DNA of 64,000 bases from the NCBI RefSeq assembly GCF_036321535.1, contig NC_087436.1:95730001-95794000 (forward strand). The letters are read 5' to 3'. Under the pieces are notes generated by a model that had not been told where the DNA came from, did no database searches, and saw only the letters and a list, made by a program, of their open reading frames with translations. A program made the position numbers and the translations under genes. This DNA comes from Camelus dromedarius (Eukaryota). This document shows positions 51,095 to 64,000 of this stretch, in pieces (position 1 is the first letter of the stretch; each line of letters starts with the position of its first letter).

Positions 51095-53097
51095 AATTAG
51101 AGTAAACTACCCATCACTTGCTCTCTCCTAGACCCCAGGAAGGGGTAAAAATACATCCCCTTCACCCAAATGTATTTTATGTTGTAACAATTACTGATGC
51201 TATAGTCTATAACTAACAACAATTTTTTAAAATATACTTTCTTTTGTTCATGTTAAGATTAGCCTAGTTACAAAGTAATTTAGTAATTTACCAAAGGGGG
51301 ATAGTTAAATGTTTATTCTAAATTTGGCCTGGCTAAATCAACCCAAGAGAACTGAAGAAAGATCCAGATTTGAGACAAGGCCATCACTTTGTGATCGGTC
51401 CTTTCTCACGTGTGCATGCGCGTGTGTGTTTGGGGTGCAGTCTGGTGAGATGTGTACTCATGTACACAGGGGGGTGAGTGGGATGGCAGGGTGAGGATAA
51501 CAACGTGAAAATGTTGGATGACTGTGGGCTGAGAACCCTGTTCTAACAATAAATATGTGCATTATTTTGACTTGGATCATTCCTAAGCCATTCACACCAG
51601 TATTTGCTGAGCCCCTTACACGGCCCCTGGATGTGAAGTGCTAGGTGGTCTAAGAAAGACAGCGACGTTCCTAATATTCCCCAGAACAGCAGCAGAGATC
51701 TGACTTCTTTCCTCAACTTTCAGCTTTGCCGAGAGGCTACACACAGAGGCTCGGGGAAAAGAGCACGGCTGAGGCCCAGGCCAGCTTGGTTGTCCCTCTT
51801 TGTAAACCTCTGTAAACATGTACACCTTTTGGGTTCCAGTCCCTTGGGGCAAAATGTGAGAAATGACATTCACTTCCGACTGCCCCAACTGTGGGGACCA
51901 CAGGCACTGACAGACGTCTTTATAAAGCCTACAAAGCCACGAAGCCAAAGGACTGCAGTAAGAGGCCAGTCTGGGATGGGCTTTTACTATTCCAATATCT
52001 CCTGTAATGACGGGCTGCAGAATGCTTAAATTATGTACACTTTCAGAGACAACAGCCTTCTGTGGGTTCTAAGAATTCTAAAGCCAGCCATAACTCAGGG
52101 GCCCTATGAGACAACTGCTTCCACTTAAATCACTGCTGTGACCTTCTCAACAGAGTCAAAAACACAATCTACGCTGCTGCGTCAATACTTCAGATGTCAC
52201 ACTGTTCTCCAGTCGCTCCATGCTGCATCCTCGTCTCTCTGCACACAGACACGTGGGGAAGAACGTGACATCGCATCACTGGTGCTACAGGGCAGGAGCA
52301 AAGGAACGTGCACACAGCCTCATGCTGGCCCAGCTTCCTGCCCTGCGAAGCCTGGGACACAGACTCATACCAGGTCTGAACTGCAGCTCTCCTCCCCTTC
52401 AAGACAGGACAGAAACTCACACACTAAGTGCCCTGTAAGAAAGAGCTACCCCAGGAAGAAAATGAAGAGAAAAACCCTTATTCTCCATATTTTTCTGTTA
52501 TCCCACAATAGAGGATTTTATAGCTCTCTCCATCCCTCTAGAAAAAATCCTCATCTCCCATGCCAAAAGAACAAGAAAATGTTTAAAATTCCAGTTATTC
52601 TGAAACCTCTGTTTTAACAATGAACAGACCTTGGAAACAACAACTAAAACTGAACATTAAATCTCTGGAGAAAAGTTAACAACAACAGGGATTAACATCT
52701 GCAGCATCTGCTGTTACCAACAGCTGAAGAAAATTTCTTAAAAAAACAAAATGAAATGAATGTGTAGATTTAAGAAACAGGCAGTCCTCAAATGAATGCC
52801 GTCAAACTGTTTACAAAGCGCCAACAACTCCACCTCTACACAACAGAGCACAGATGCCAGGAGAACAGGAGAGCGCCCTGTGCCTGGCAAACAGCAGACG
52901 CACATGGAAAAGTCACGAACAAATGAATTCATTTACCCAAGACGGCGCTACACCCTACCCTGACTTCTTTGGATGTTTGGAGAAACAAACAAACAAAAAG
53001 AACCTTGCCATTTTTCTACAGTTGCATTATACGATGGTCCAGTTATAGGAAAATAGAATCTTTAAATAATATTCATTTGTTAAAAAGAAATATTCTT

Positions 53098-53235
53098 TAT
53101 ATATATTTACTGAAGTATAGTCAGTTTACAATGTTGTGTCGGCTTCTGGTGTACAGCCCAATGCTTCAGTCATATGGGAACATACATATACTTGTTTTCA
53201 TATTCTTTTTCACCATAAGATTTGCAGATACTAAG
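53098..53235 (-). mobile_element. Very short 5'-truncated L1 3' end with 13-bp TSD
   Basis: actgaagtatagtcagtttacaatgttgtg...ttctggtgtacag; aagaaatattctt at 53085-97 and 53236-48. Confidence 0.8.
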
Positions 53236-53399
53236 AAGAAATATTCTTAACTTTTTGCCACCTGCTGCCAGAAATCCAGATATGAACATGACACAGTCCC
53301 TCAAATTTCAACAGGGTGAGTAAGAGGGGTACACGACTGCTGAGAAATACAAAGGAAGTGTTCTAGGAGCTCAGGGAAGAAAACGAACTCCTCCTGTGA

Positions 53400-53620
53400 T
53401 TCAGGTCAAGGGCACGGGCCTGGGTCAAACCCCAGCTGCCCGCCAATCTACCTTCTTACCCTCGAGCAGGTGGTTTGATTACTTTCACCTGTTTCCTCAT
53501 CTGCCAAACGTGCATCTGCGTGCCCATCTCAGAGGAGTCCCGTGAGCATTACAGAGGCAAATGTGTGGGGGAAACCCAGCCTGGCACATAGCAGGCATTC
53601 AAATAAATGTCCGCTATCAT
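53400..53620 (+). mobile_element. MIR SINE
   Basis: gcctgggtcaaaccccagct...tgtttcctcatctg...cctggcacatagcaggcattcaaataaatgt. Confidence 0.7.
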
Positions 53621-56615
53621 TTTTCCTCCTACAAGCATCAGGCTTCTGGAAGTGGTGGTGGTTCTTGAAGGACAAGTAAAATACGGGCGAGTGGAAGTGA
53701 CAGTGGCCGTTCCAGTAAACGGAGCGGCACAAGCAAGGTGCACGGGGGACTCTCAAGTAATCACGCAACGGCCCCGTCTGGCTGATGGCTGGACGGTGTG
53801 CGCATGGAGACGGAGAAGAGTGGTGGCACCCAGACACAGAGAGCACTGGCTGCCTGGTTCACTTGTGTATTAGTTAGTGGGAATCATGGAAGATTTGGGG
53901 TTTTAAAAGGAAAACTTCTTTCCTTTATGCATGCTTTAGTACTGGAAAGGTGTTCCAGCCACCGGGGAATGCAGAGCTTAGTGGACCCAACAGAGGAAGG
54001 GCTATTACAAAACAATGTGAAAAAGTGCTGGGAGGGGTTGTGGGGGAGCTCTGAAGACAGAACAGAGCGCCTAACTCTGTCTGAGATGGGTGCAGTGGAG
54101 GGGGGAGAGGGAGGTGGGCATACAATTTTTTTTTTAAGAAACAGCCGAGAAATGCTGAAACTAAAAACAGAAGCGAAAGCCCCACAGATCTTTATCCCTG
54201 TGCCTTCCCAAATGAGCCGTTTGGGGTGAGTTTCCAAGGCTCTATGAAGATGTCGTGGACTCGCAGGGAGAGGAGCAGCAGGGAAGGCGCAGAGCGGTGG
54301 TAAGTCCTGGGAAGAGAAGCAGGAAGAGGCGCAGAAAGACGGAAGGGAGGTGCACAGCCCTGGGCAGTGCCCTGCTTCCCCCCCTTTCGAGAGCTAGAGC
54401 TGAGCAGGGTCACAAAGGCCCCCTGGGGTGGGGGTGGTGGGGGACTGGCTAGGAAAGTCAAGGCCTACATTAGCTTGAAAAGAACCGAGAAAATGCTGTA
54501 GTCAAATGAATTTTTATTTAGTGCACTGGATAAAATTATCCTTTGAAATGAATGGCATCTGTTTCTGCAACTGCAAGAGGGATGATAGTGTAGTTTTGGG
54601 AGGGCTGAAGGTCAGGGCTCTTGTTTCTTGATTAAACACAGTAAGACTATGAAAAGGAATAAACATTCAGCCTCAGTCGGAATATGAAATGCTGATCCTC
54701 ATCATAGTTTGATCTCTCCTATTACCATTCATATAACCTTGGATCTCAAAGTGTGGTTCCTACAGTTTTATGGGACACCTCGGGGTGGAAAAGCACCACC
54801 ACCACAAAAGGCCCCTGGTCAGTGCCACCAAGATGCGTGTGAAGAGTACGTCCAGGACCGGGGCCTGGCCCCCGGGGACTCCCCACCAGCAGCCCTGCAG
54901 GACCTCTGCATCACGGGCCACACCCATTGCTCACTCTCATTCCTTCCTCCGGCTGCTGGGGGATCAGCAGCATTCACAGGAACACAGAAACTTAGGGCTG
55001 AAGACAACTTAGCTCACCCCCCACCTCTGCCCCAGTGGTCCCGGCACTGACTGGGCCAGGCAGCGTGCTTCACCAGGACCCACACACCGCAACCGCACCA
55101 CGTGGTAAGCGAGGGCTGCAGTGACAGCCTCAGTGGCAAAGGCCTGGGACCCAGAGCTAATTTGCTGGTGGCACCAGATTAGAACTCAGCCCTGGGCTGG
55201 CTCATCCCAGTGCCTCAGGGTGATGAGAATGACTGCAGGGGGAAAGGTGCCATATGACATGGGCGCTGCCACCTCCCAGCCAGCAGAGCAGCCCGCCTGC
55301 CCCTTGACCTCCATGCCTCCTCGGCCACAGATCACAGCCCACAGCAGCACCCATCTCCCACGGCTCTGGTGCAGGGATCCAATGAAGACCCTTGAGAGCA
55401 CTTACAACAGTACAGCCAGGGGCACGTGACGTCCTGTCACAATCGTTATTTATTCTAAACCTGGCAAAACCTCTGTGTTGCTTAGACTTCACAACCAGAC
55501 CGGCGCTGCAGATAAACAGACTGGTTTACTGAAGAACACTGGGGAACACAGACATGTAGTCTGTGAAGAAAACAGCAGTGCTGTCCCAGGGGCTCCCCCA
55601 ACAACAGGAGGCCCCTGGTCACCGCCTGAGTGTGTCCAGGGCCCGTGACCACGAGAGGCTCCCAGCGCTGGAGAGGGCCAGCCGCTCTCTCAACGGCTGG
55701 GATGCCCTTTCGGCTTTTCTTTGTGGGGCTGACCCCTTTCCTCCTCTTTCAAAGCTCAGCTCCAAAGTCACGCCCTCCGGGAAGGCTCCTCCTGTCACCC
55801 CTGCCCTGCCAGATCCTTTCTGCTCCCGCAGCACCGTGGCAAACCTCAGGCGAGCCTCCGAGGTTCTGAGAGCAGCATCCCAGGGGCTGCCAATCACTGT
55901 CCTGCGCACCGATGGGAAGGAAGAGCAGCTCAGAGAAGCAGGGGACCCGCGCAGCCTGGAGCACTGTGGGCAAGGTGAGGCAGAGGGAGAGAAGCGACGA
56001 GGGGCGGGAGGGCGGGAGGGACAAGGGAAACACGCGGGAACCAGGAGGAGACAGGCCAGGCCCTGGTGCGCCACACAACTCCAGGCCGAGTGGCGGGGGC
56101 CCCAGGTGCTCAGCTCTTCTCAACAGTTTTATTCTCACATTTATACAAAACTGCTTCTAAACTTTACATCTATCTACCTGTGTGTAGATACATAGGTGCC
56201 TGACGTTTACGGAGAAACATAACTTTACATACACAAAGCTTTATAGGAAATGTTACAAATAATGTGTTAATCATCCATTTACCTCAGCCCGAAAACAATG
56301 ATGAAATGAAACCCCTTCTGTCCCCGAGGAGACAGCTGAGCAGGCCACCATGACAGGTCAGTGTCAGAAGTGGCAGGACAAGGGCCCATAGGCGGCCGAA
56401 GTGCGGGGGGCGTCATGGAAGAGCTACCCCTGGGCGAGGTGACCCTCGTCTGACCCTTCTGTGGGGGTAGGAGACGGCGCAGTGGTCCTGCAGCAAGACC
56501 AGGAAGAATGATGGTCAGAGAGGGAGGGCCACTCCTTGAGAGGTGCAGAAACTAAAATGACACATCATGATCCATTCAAGATGAGTTTCAAGTAGTTCCA
56601 TGTGCCCTTAGGAAA

Positions 56616-56648
56616 GTGTGTGTGTGTGTGCGCACGCGCGCACGCGCA
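56616..56648. repeat. 33-bp perfect purine-pyrimidine alternation (GT)n(GC/AC)n
   Basis: gtgtgtgtgtgtgtgcgcacgcgcgcacgcgca. Confidence 0.85.
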
Positions 56649-58045
56649 GTTCCACATGCTCCTGAGAGATTGTCGGGGTGGAGGGCACACAGATGGTAAG
56701 AAATACTTCAGTCAGGGAAGGGCCTCTGTGCTAAGCAAGATCATGTCCTGACACAAGCTCTAGAGGAGACACACAAAAAAATGAGTAGCCATTAAGTTGT
56801 GTTCTTGAGAGCCCGTGAGCACTATCACCTTGCAGGGTTTTGCCCCAACTGTTACCTACACTTAGCGCTCTCGTCTCATCTGTATGGATTTTTTAAAAGG
56901 TGTCAGACCATCCAACATTGGTCACTTACATACACTGTTGACTGTGATTGCTGCTGGTCGAGCCCCCCTGCCTGGACCTCACTGTGGGTGCCAAGGACGA
57001 GCTGTCCCCACAGCAGCACATGGTGTCACTGCCAACAGAACCGAGGCCATGAGTTCCATCTATGGAAGCAGTTCTCACTTGAGGCCTGCAGACCAGCAGC
57101 ACCCGGATCGCCCAGTCGCTCATTAGAACTACAAATACTTGGTCTCACCTTAGACCTACTGGACAAACTCTGGGGTGGGGCCATTGACCTGGGTTTTTAA
57201 CTACAGGAATATGAAACCCTTAGCCTGGGGCATTCAGTATTTTTTTCAGTCACTGGCTTCAGGTTGTAGGTTTACCTCAACTGGTTGTTTCACATTATGT
57301 AACACTGGGGAACAGAGGTACCTTTTAAATAAATTATTTCAAATTAATTGAGCAATAACTCCATCCATTACAGAAGACCTGACTTTTAAAATAAAAATTT
57401 TAAATGTAACACATCTTGCTTTTCAAACACTAGCCAAATCTTGTTATCTTTGTCACTGCCAACTGTTTGAACTAAAATTAATACCATTTCTTATGAAATG
57501 CATTCGGAAAGTGCCCCTCCCTGGTGACCCAGATCCACTACCCACATTATTACAGTGATAATAAATTTCCTTCCAGAAAACTTCCAGATATGAACATAAA
57601 CAGTGAGAAACATAGACAAATGAGTCACCCAACACAAACAGAAAAATACACTACTAAAGGCTAAGATCATGATTTCTCAATCCGTGTTTTTCTAACCATC
57701 TGCACAAAAGCAGCTCATCTGTTTATCTCGCAGCCTCCAGTATCTCCTGGGCAGGTGCCTCCCCCCAGCAGGACAGGTCCAGCCCCACCCCCATGAGCGA
57801 GGTGTGCTCAGTCTCAGGGCCCCTCCAGGCTTCTGTTCTGCTGGGCAGACTGAAAAGAAGCCCAGGAAGAAGCCAACACCCTCACCCTCAAACCCCTGAG
57901 CAGAGCACCGGGTGTTACAGGTCAGAGTGCGACCCGCTCAGAGGGAAGGGCTGCATGACGGAGCGCCGGCTGGCTTTCAGACTCTACCCTCTGATGCTCT
58001 GTTTGCAACGTCCACACAGGGGCCAGGAGCGGTGGGGAGCAGAGC

Positions 58046-58409
58046 TGTCTTAGCTCGGGCTACAACAACACACATCGCCTGGCGGCTTAACAACATTCAT
58101 TTCTCACAGTTCTGGAGGCTGGGGGTCCAAAATCAGGGTGCAGGCCCTGTCAGGTGCGTGGGGAAGGCCCTCTTCCCTGCCTGCCTCCTCCCTGCTGTAT
58201 CCTCATATGACAGAGACAGAACTCTGGTCTCTTCCTCCTGTTACTTACAAGGCAGGCAGGCGCTTATCCCATCATGGAGGCTCTACCCTCAAGACCTCTT
58301 CTAAACCTAGTTACCTCCCCAAGGAGGCCCCACCTCCATGTACAACACATGGGGTAGCAGGGCTTCAACATACGAATTTAGGGGAGACATAAACATTCAG
58401 TCCACAGCT
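58046..58409 (-). mobile_element. MLT1A-like (MaLR) solo LTR
   Basis: atttctcacagttctggaggctggg...gggcttcaacatacgaattt...aacattcagtcca. Confidence 0.8.
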
Positions 58410-61400
58410 GGAGCAAACGTGGTTCTAAATTATCCCTCCACTCCATTTCAGTATAGCAGATCTGACTTAATGTTTTATGAGGCCGTTGTAAAATTTCCTT
58501 AAAAAAGAAGTCATTAAGTTAAGAAAAAAGGAGAAGTTTTGAAAGCACAGGTAACAAGGTTTTATTGTGACCTCATGGAATAAACTGGTGTTTTCAGTCC
58601 TGATGGACTGGCAAAATTCAGATTTTTGTTTTTCAGAGGGAGGAGATACCCAGAGGCCAGAACAAGGGACTTGCCTGAACCTGCCATCTCTGTCATTTAC
58701 ATGGCGACTGGCCAGGGCTGCCATGTGGCGTCTTTCATAAGCCGGGTCCTGGGCTGGGACTCAGAAGTGGACTGTCACCTCGTCTCCCCTTTATCCCGCT
58801 TCCTCAGCCCGCCTGCCTCCTTGTCAGTGCAGGACAACATGACCTGCCCGCTGCAGAAGCAGGTGTGGAATGGTTCTTCCAACCAACACAATGTAGGGCA
58901 TTCCCCGGGCACACACTTAGCAAACACATGCTTCCAAGCCCCCAGGGTACCGCGGAGTGCAATCAATGCCAGTGCCTCCTTTACGAGCCCAACTTCCTAA
59001 TAAAATCACTTGAACACTCATAAGATGATGGAGAAAAAAAAAAAAAGACAACCCCCGTAGCCTTAAGACATGAGGCAAACACAGGTTTTCAATATAAAAT
59101 CGGATAAAATACGCTCAAGATGAGACAGCATAGCATTAAGGTGCTTATGAAAGAATCAAGAGTCAAGACATCATTTCCATCACACAGACACTTATAATAT
59201 AGATGGGTAGGTTTCGTGTATTTAATTAGTACTCAAATAATACTTATGAAGCTTGGGGTGGAAAAGCATCATTTTATCCTGATAAAGTTGTAGCCCCCAA
59301 ATCATTAAGGTTTATGCCACAAAACAGCAGTGCAAGACAGTAACAGAGACCCCGGGGTCCGAAGGGCCCTCCCGGCTGCCGCCATGGCTCTCCAGTCCAA
59401 GCCCTGAACTGGGCAGCATCCCTTTCAGCAGCCCATCCCCTTACTTCCCTTGCTGTTTGTTACTGCCTCCCTGACCACACTGCATGCTCCTGTATCTAGC
59501 ACCAAATCCACTTTCAAACCAGCGTACCGCAGTGTCATAAGAATCTGCATATGGATTAAATAGCACATGATAAACCTCCCTCACCCCGTCATTGGCAGGG
59601 ACTGGATCTTATTCGTAAACTCTGGACTTCCACTGAAAACAGCAGCAGTGTCCCTTGAGGATGCGATGATAAAGACGGGGGCACAGAAAACCGTCGAGGG
59701 AGGCAGAAGGAACAGCTGGGCGGCGGCAGTGGAGGCCTGGGAGCTGACCGTGGAGGAGGGGGAGGCAGGGATGGCAGAGGGGCTGTGGGAGGAGAGCGAA
59801 CTCGGAGGGAGGAGGCAGGCCTCCTCCAGGTGTCCAGCCCGAGTGACCGGGACAATGATAAAATAACACCACAAACAGTGACTTTCAGAAGAGAAGCCCT
59901 GTTTTTCACCCTCTGGCTCAGGAGAGGGTTTTAGGCTTTTTTCGCCATGAAAAAAGTAGTATTTCAACAGATTACAGAGAAACTAGAGACACTGAAAACA
60001 CGGGGGAAGAAAAACCGAAAGGAAAAAAATTACCTTAACCCCACCTCCCACAGGTAAGTGCTATTAATGGCCTCTGCTTGATCTTTCCTGAACATGTAAA
60101 CGTGCCCTCCATCCTCTACCCTGGGCTTTGTCAGCACCGCATCGGGTCTCTCAGTCCATAACCCTTTTGAGACATCACCGGGGGTGCAGGGTCCGAAACC
60201 ACTGAGGCATGGCCGAGACGGAGCGAGACAGCAGCATGTGGCCCCGTTCCCCATGAAGCAGCCGGCGGGGCGGGCACACTTAGGACTCATCTCCAGAGGG
60301 AAGCACTGGAAGCTACTCAACTAGAAATAATCAAAAATAAGAGGGTCACACCACAGTCCCATAGCTCCCAGAGGAGAGCTGGCAAGACGTTCGGTGGGAA
60401 CAGCTGGGACCCAGGAGCAGAGGTCTTTTAAAGGGGCCTTGGCAGAGGGGACCTTGGGGAATGTGAGAGAGAACCATGCGACCGAGCAGGAAGGTCAGAG
60501 GGAGAGAGGGAGGGATGACCCGAAGGCAGTGCAGGTGACCCGCAGAGGCGGCAAGGAAACCCGCTGGGGCTCTGCGTGCACCACAGTCCCCCATGAGAAC
60601 TCTGACTTGGTCACTGACGAGGGAGGAACTGCGAAAAGCCCCAGTGATATGCGTGGCTGCTCTCCACCCTCCCCCTGCCTCTCGTGCATCTGTGACTGAA
60701 AACTCTAACCCCACCCATCCCATTACACAATGCTTATCTGGAGGTGATCTAAGGTCGAAATCCATGAAAGGAAGCTCATGACTTAAAAGTTAGGAAATAT
60801 TTTTGTGTTTTACTGGGGAGAGGGGATGGGGAAGTCCACACTATGAAATAAGAAGTTTAAAATAGTGAATCCAATTTTTCCCCCAACTCAACACAATGCT
60901 CATTGGGTTAAATGTGGAAGTGTGACCTTTCCACCTGGAAAACCCCAGTCTCACTGCCTTCCTTTTAAGAGCCCCTATCCTGAAAAAAATCAACTTGGGA
61001 AGTGGCAATCTTTCTGGGTATCCATGACTGCTTGGCAATTGGGAAACTTGGGTTTCAGCTTTAGCAAAGTTTCGGGGCTTTGATGTTTTTGACTAGAAAG
61101 TGGAAAGCAACTGTATGATCACTGAGACAGCTTCCACCCCTTCAGAGTCAGCACACTGACACTCATGCAGAACCTCAATAGATTTCAAACACGTAAATTT
61201 AATCTACATGTTTATAAATTATGTAACAAAGTGAACATGTCAAGTCCAAATGTTCTTTGAAAACTGTTTGTGGTAAGCAAATTTCTTAAACATTTTCACA
61301 ATTTACTTTGCCCAAAAAACTCATTAGAAGAGGCAACATTTTGCAATTCTCTAACCGACCTAACTGACTGCAGCTGAACGTGGCAAATTTCAGCTGGCTG

Positions 61401-62454
61401 AGCTTCCATTCCAGTCGGTAAGGAGTTCTCACATGCGCACAGGACAAAACAAAGAGGGGAGGAATTGACCATTTGGATTGAATAAACAAAGTATCTTGGT
61501 CAAGAGTTAACATCTGCCTCTCCTTTGGACACTTTTTCAAACATCCTGGCACAACACAGAAAAACCAGTACTGCACACTCAGCTTAAAAGTGGAGCCTTA
61601 GATTCCAAGGAAGGTCAGCACGGGGAAATCGACCCTCCAGAGCCTGGTGATTGTGTGCTTAGTGGGCCAGGTCGCACCTCATTGCACTTGTTAGCCCTGG
61701 GACATCCTGAAAGCTGTGCACTGTCTAACCTTTTGCCAGGATCAGTTTAAAGAGTGAAACATCTATGACTAATTTCTTTACAATGATTCCTGGTCTTTTG
61801 TCACTCCCATCAAGGGAGTCTGAAAGGAAACCAGACCCCTGCATCTGTCAGCACTCCTGGCCCGTGGTTTTTCTGAATTCAGAGCATAGGGCTGCTGGGT
61901 GAGGCAGGGCCTGTCGCCGCAGGTGTGCACCTGGGCTGGGTGGGGCACGAGCATCAAGCTGCTGCTCGAGGGCCCAGGTCTCCTCTGGCTGTGACTTCAG
62001 GTGACGATATGCGCTTTGTCAAAAAGCTGAAGCCATTGTGCAGACCACCAGCCCAGAACGCCCAGAGAGGTTCCTTTTGGCAACGTGAGTGTCCTCCCTG
62101 TGCCAGAGTTTCTGACTGTCCAAGAACATCCTCTCACTTGTCCTGAAAGCCTAGTGATGATAAAAGGGAAGGCAATGAGGGTGGAATCATAGTGGCTGCC
62201 ATTTGTGGAGGGGACTGAAAAGGCAGCTATTTTCATTTCCTTCAAAATCCTACTCAGAACAGACTGCTGGTGCTCTTTCTCGGAGGGTATCATGGGTGCT
62301 TCCTCACCGGCTGCCCCAACACCCCTAACTCTGTGAGGTGGGTGCTGTTCCTCTGAGCTGAGGGTTCTGTGGCAACTGCCCTCCGTTAAACAGCTCATAA
62401 ATGAAGGAGTCAGGATTTAAGCCCAGGCCAGTTTAATTTTAAACCCACACTTTT

Positions 62455-63342
62455 CAATTTAACAACAAAAACAAAACCAAACAACTTGATATTAAAATGG
62501 GTAAAGGATTTGAATAGACATTTCTCCAGACATGATATACAAAAAGCCAAAAAGCAAATGAAAAGATGCTCAGCGTCACTAATCATTAGAGAAACGCAAA
62601 TCAAAACCACAATGAGATATCACTTAGCACCCATGAGGACTTCCACTTCAAGGAAACACAAAACACAAGTGTTGGTGAGGACGTGGAGAAACTGGAACTC
62701 CTGGCGCACCACTGGCAGGAATGTAAAACGGTGCATCTGCTATGGAAAACAGTATGGCACTTCCTCAAAAAAGTCAAAAACAGAACCACCATAGGATCCA
62801 GTAACTCCATTTCTAAGTATATATGTAAAAGAATTGAAAGCAGGATCTTGGAAAGATATTTGCACACTCATGTTCACTGCATCATTATTCACAACAGCCG
62901 GGAGACAGAAACAACCTAAACAGCTATCAAAAGATGAATGGTTAAACTAAATGTACTATATATGGTGGAATATTGTTCAGACTTAAAAAAAGAAATCCTG
63001 TCATTTGCTATAACATGGATGAACCTGGAGGACACTATGCTAAGTGAAATACACCAGTCACAGGAGGACAAATACTGTGCTATTCGACTTAAATGAGGTA
63101 ACTAAAGAGTCAAACTCCCAGAGACAGAAAGTAGAATGGTTGTTGGCAGGCGCTGCAGGGTGAGAAAGGGGACGGAGAATTACTGTTTAACGGGTATAGA
63201 ATTTGGGGTTTGCAAGATTGCAAAGTTCAGCACTCATTACACAACAGTGTGAACACACTTAACACTATTGAACTCCACACTTAAAAATGGTTAAGATGGT
63301 AAATTTTATGTTACATGTTTTTTTAACACAAAAATAAAAAAT
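62455..63342 (+). mobile_element. L1 (L1MA/MB-like) 3' fragment: ORF2 C-terminus (frameshifted) and 3'UTR
   Basis: ORF 62486-62794 [11 protein letters not shown]...[23 protein letters not shown] is L1 ORF2p; ends cacttaaaaatggttaagatggtaaattttatg plus A-rich tail. Confidence 0.9.
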
Positions 63343-64000
63343 TTTCAAAAATCCATAGTCCTAACCAGGATGCTACACTGAGCCTCCAGTCTCTTCTCTC
63401 TGAAATGACACATGACCTTTTCCCCCGCAAGCGGCCATTCATCACAATAGGCGTCATCGGCTAGCACTAAGTTTCACTTTATGCTGCCTCATGACACCTC
63501 AAGAAAACAAAGGACCACAGAGCCCATTTTTAAAACTCTGGCAAACTCAGAAAAGGCGGGTGCATAAGGAAGGAGTCTTGCTATAAATGAAGATCTGAGA
63601 GTCCAGGATATCCTCCCAAAGGTCACTAAAATTCAAAACATGAAATCAGAACATTCCCAAGCCCTGTGTCTCTCCCAGAGCCAGGGAGGGTTTCTGAGGG
63701 CATGCACTTTTGCCTCATTTAGGCCCAAGCTCCCACACATTATGCAATACTGCCTCTCCTGGAAGGAGACAGTTACAGCTCACCCCTCTTACAATGGAAG
63801 AATAGGGTGAGGTAGCAGGCTGAAGACCTAGAGGTGGGAAGCAACATGGCACCCCACAGCCCAGACCCACCTGCCTCCAGGGGTCTAACCAGGATGCTCT
63901 GTGGTTAGCCAAGCCGGGGTGCTGCCCTGGGACACTATTCCTGAACACAATGCAGAGGACAGCTCCTGTGGGCATTATGATCTTTGAGTCCCAGTCTTCT

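Noticed and set aside
55563..56195. 210-aa ORF and overlapping ORFs
   Set aside because: GC-rich, stop-poor DNA open in several frames on both strands; no recognisable homology
62410..62919. Protein-coding gene from L1-like ORFs
   Set aside because: Truncated, frameshifted L1 ORF2 remnant
1..64000. Novel gene cluster, CRISPR array, or prokaryotic/defence-type system
   Set aside because: Sequence is spliced mammalian DNA; no repeat-spacer array, operon or unexplained coding block was seen
47056..64000. Additional TBC1D1 exons, including muscle-specific long-isoform exons
   Set aside because: No TBC1D1-like peptide found; as recalled, the preceding exon (...SRYE) and the alternative exons lie further upstream, outside the window

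Overview
Mammalian genomic DNA, most likely camelid: there is one tRNA-Ala-derived Vic-1-type SINE and no Alu, Bov-A/tA, PRE-1 or Can-SINE was seen. The window holds the 3' part of TBC1D1 (Rab-GTPase-activating protein) on the minus strand. Eight GT-AG coding exons (47055 down to the TGA stop at 8290-8292) splice in frame into the calmodulin-binding segment, the TBC/RabGAP domain and the C-terminal coiled coil, followed by a ~1.6 kb 3'UTR with two candidate poly(A) sites. Positions 47056-64000 are intron and 1-6690 is downstream intergenic DNA. The rest is ordinary mammalian repeat content (L1, L2, CR1/L3, MIR, MaLR/ERVL LTRs, hAT/Tigger MITEs, microsatellites). I found no convincing novel biological system. 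The best curiosities are a palindromic 5' splice site carrying a U1-like sequence, tandem polyadenylation, a templated inversion/duplication at an L1 5' junction, and AT-to-GC drift in old repeats. Repeat family names and the human TBC1D1 comparison are from memory and need database confirmation.
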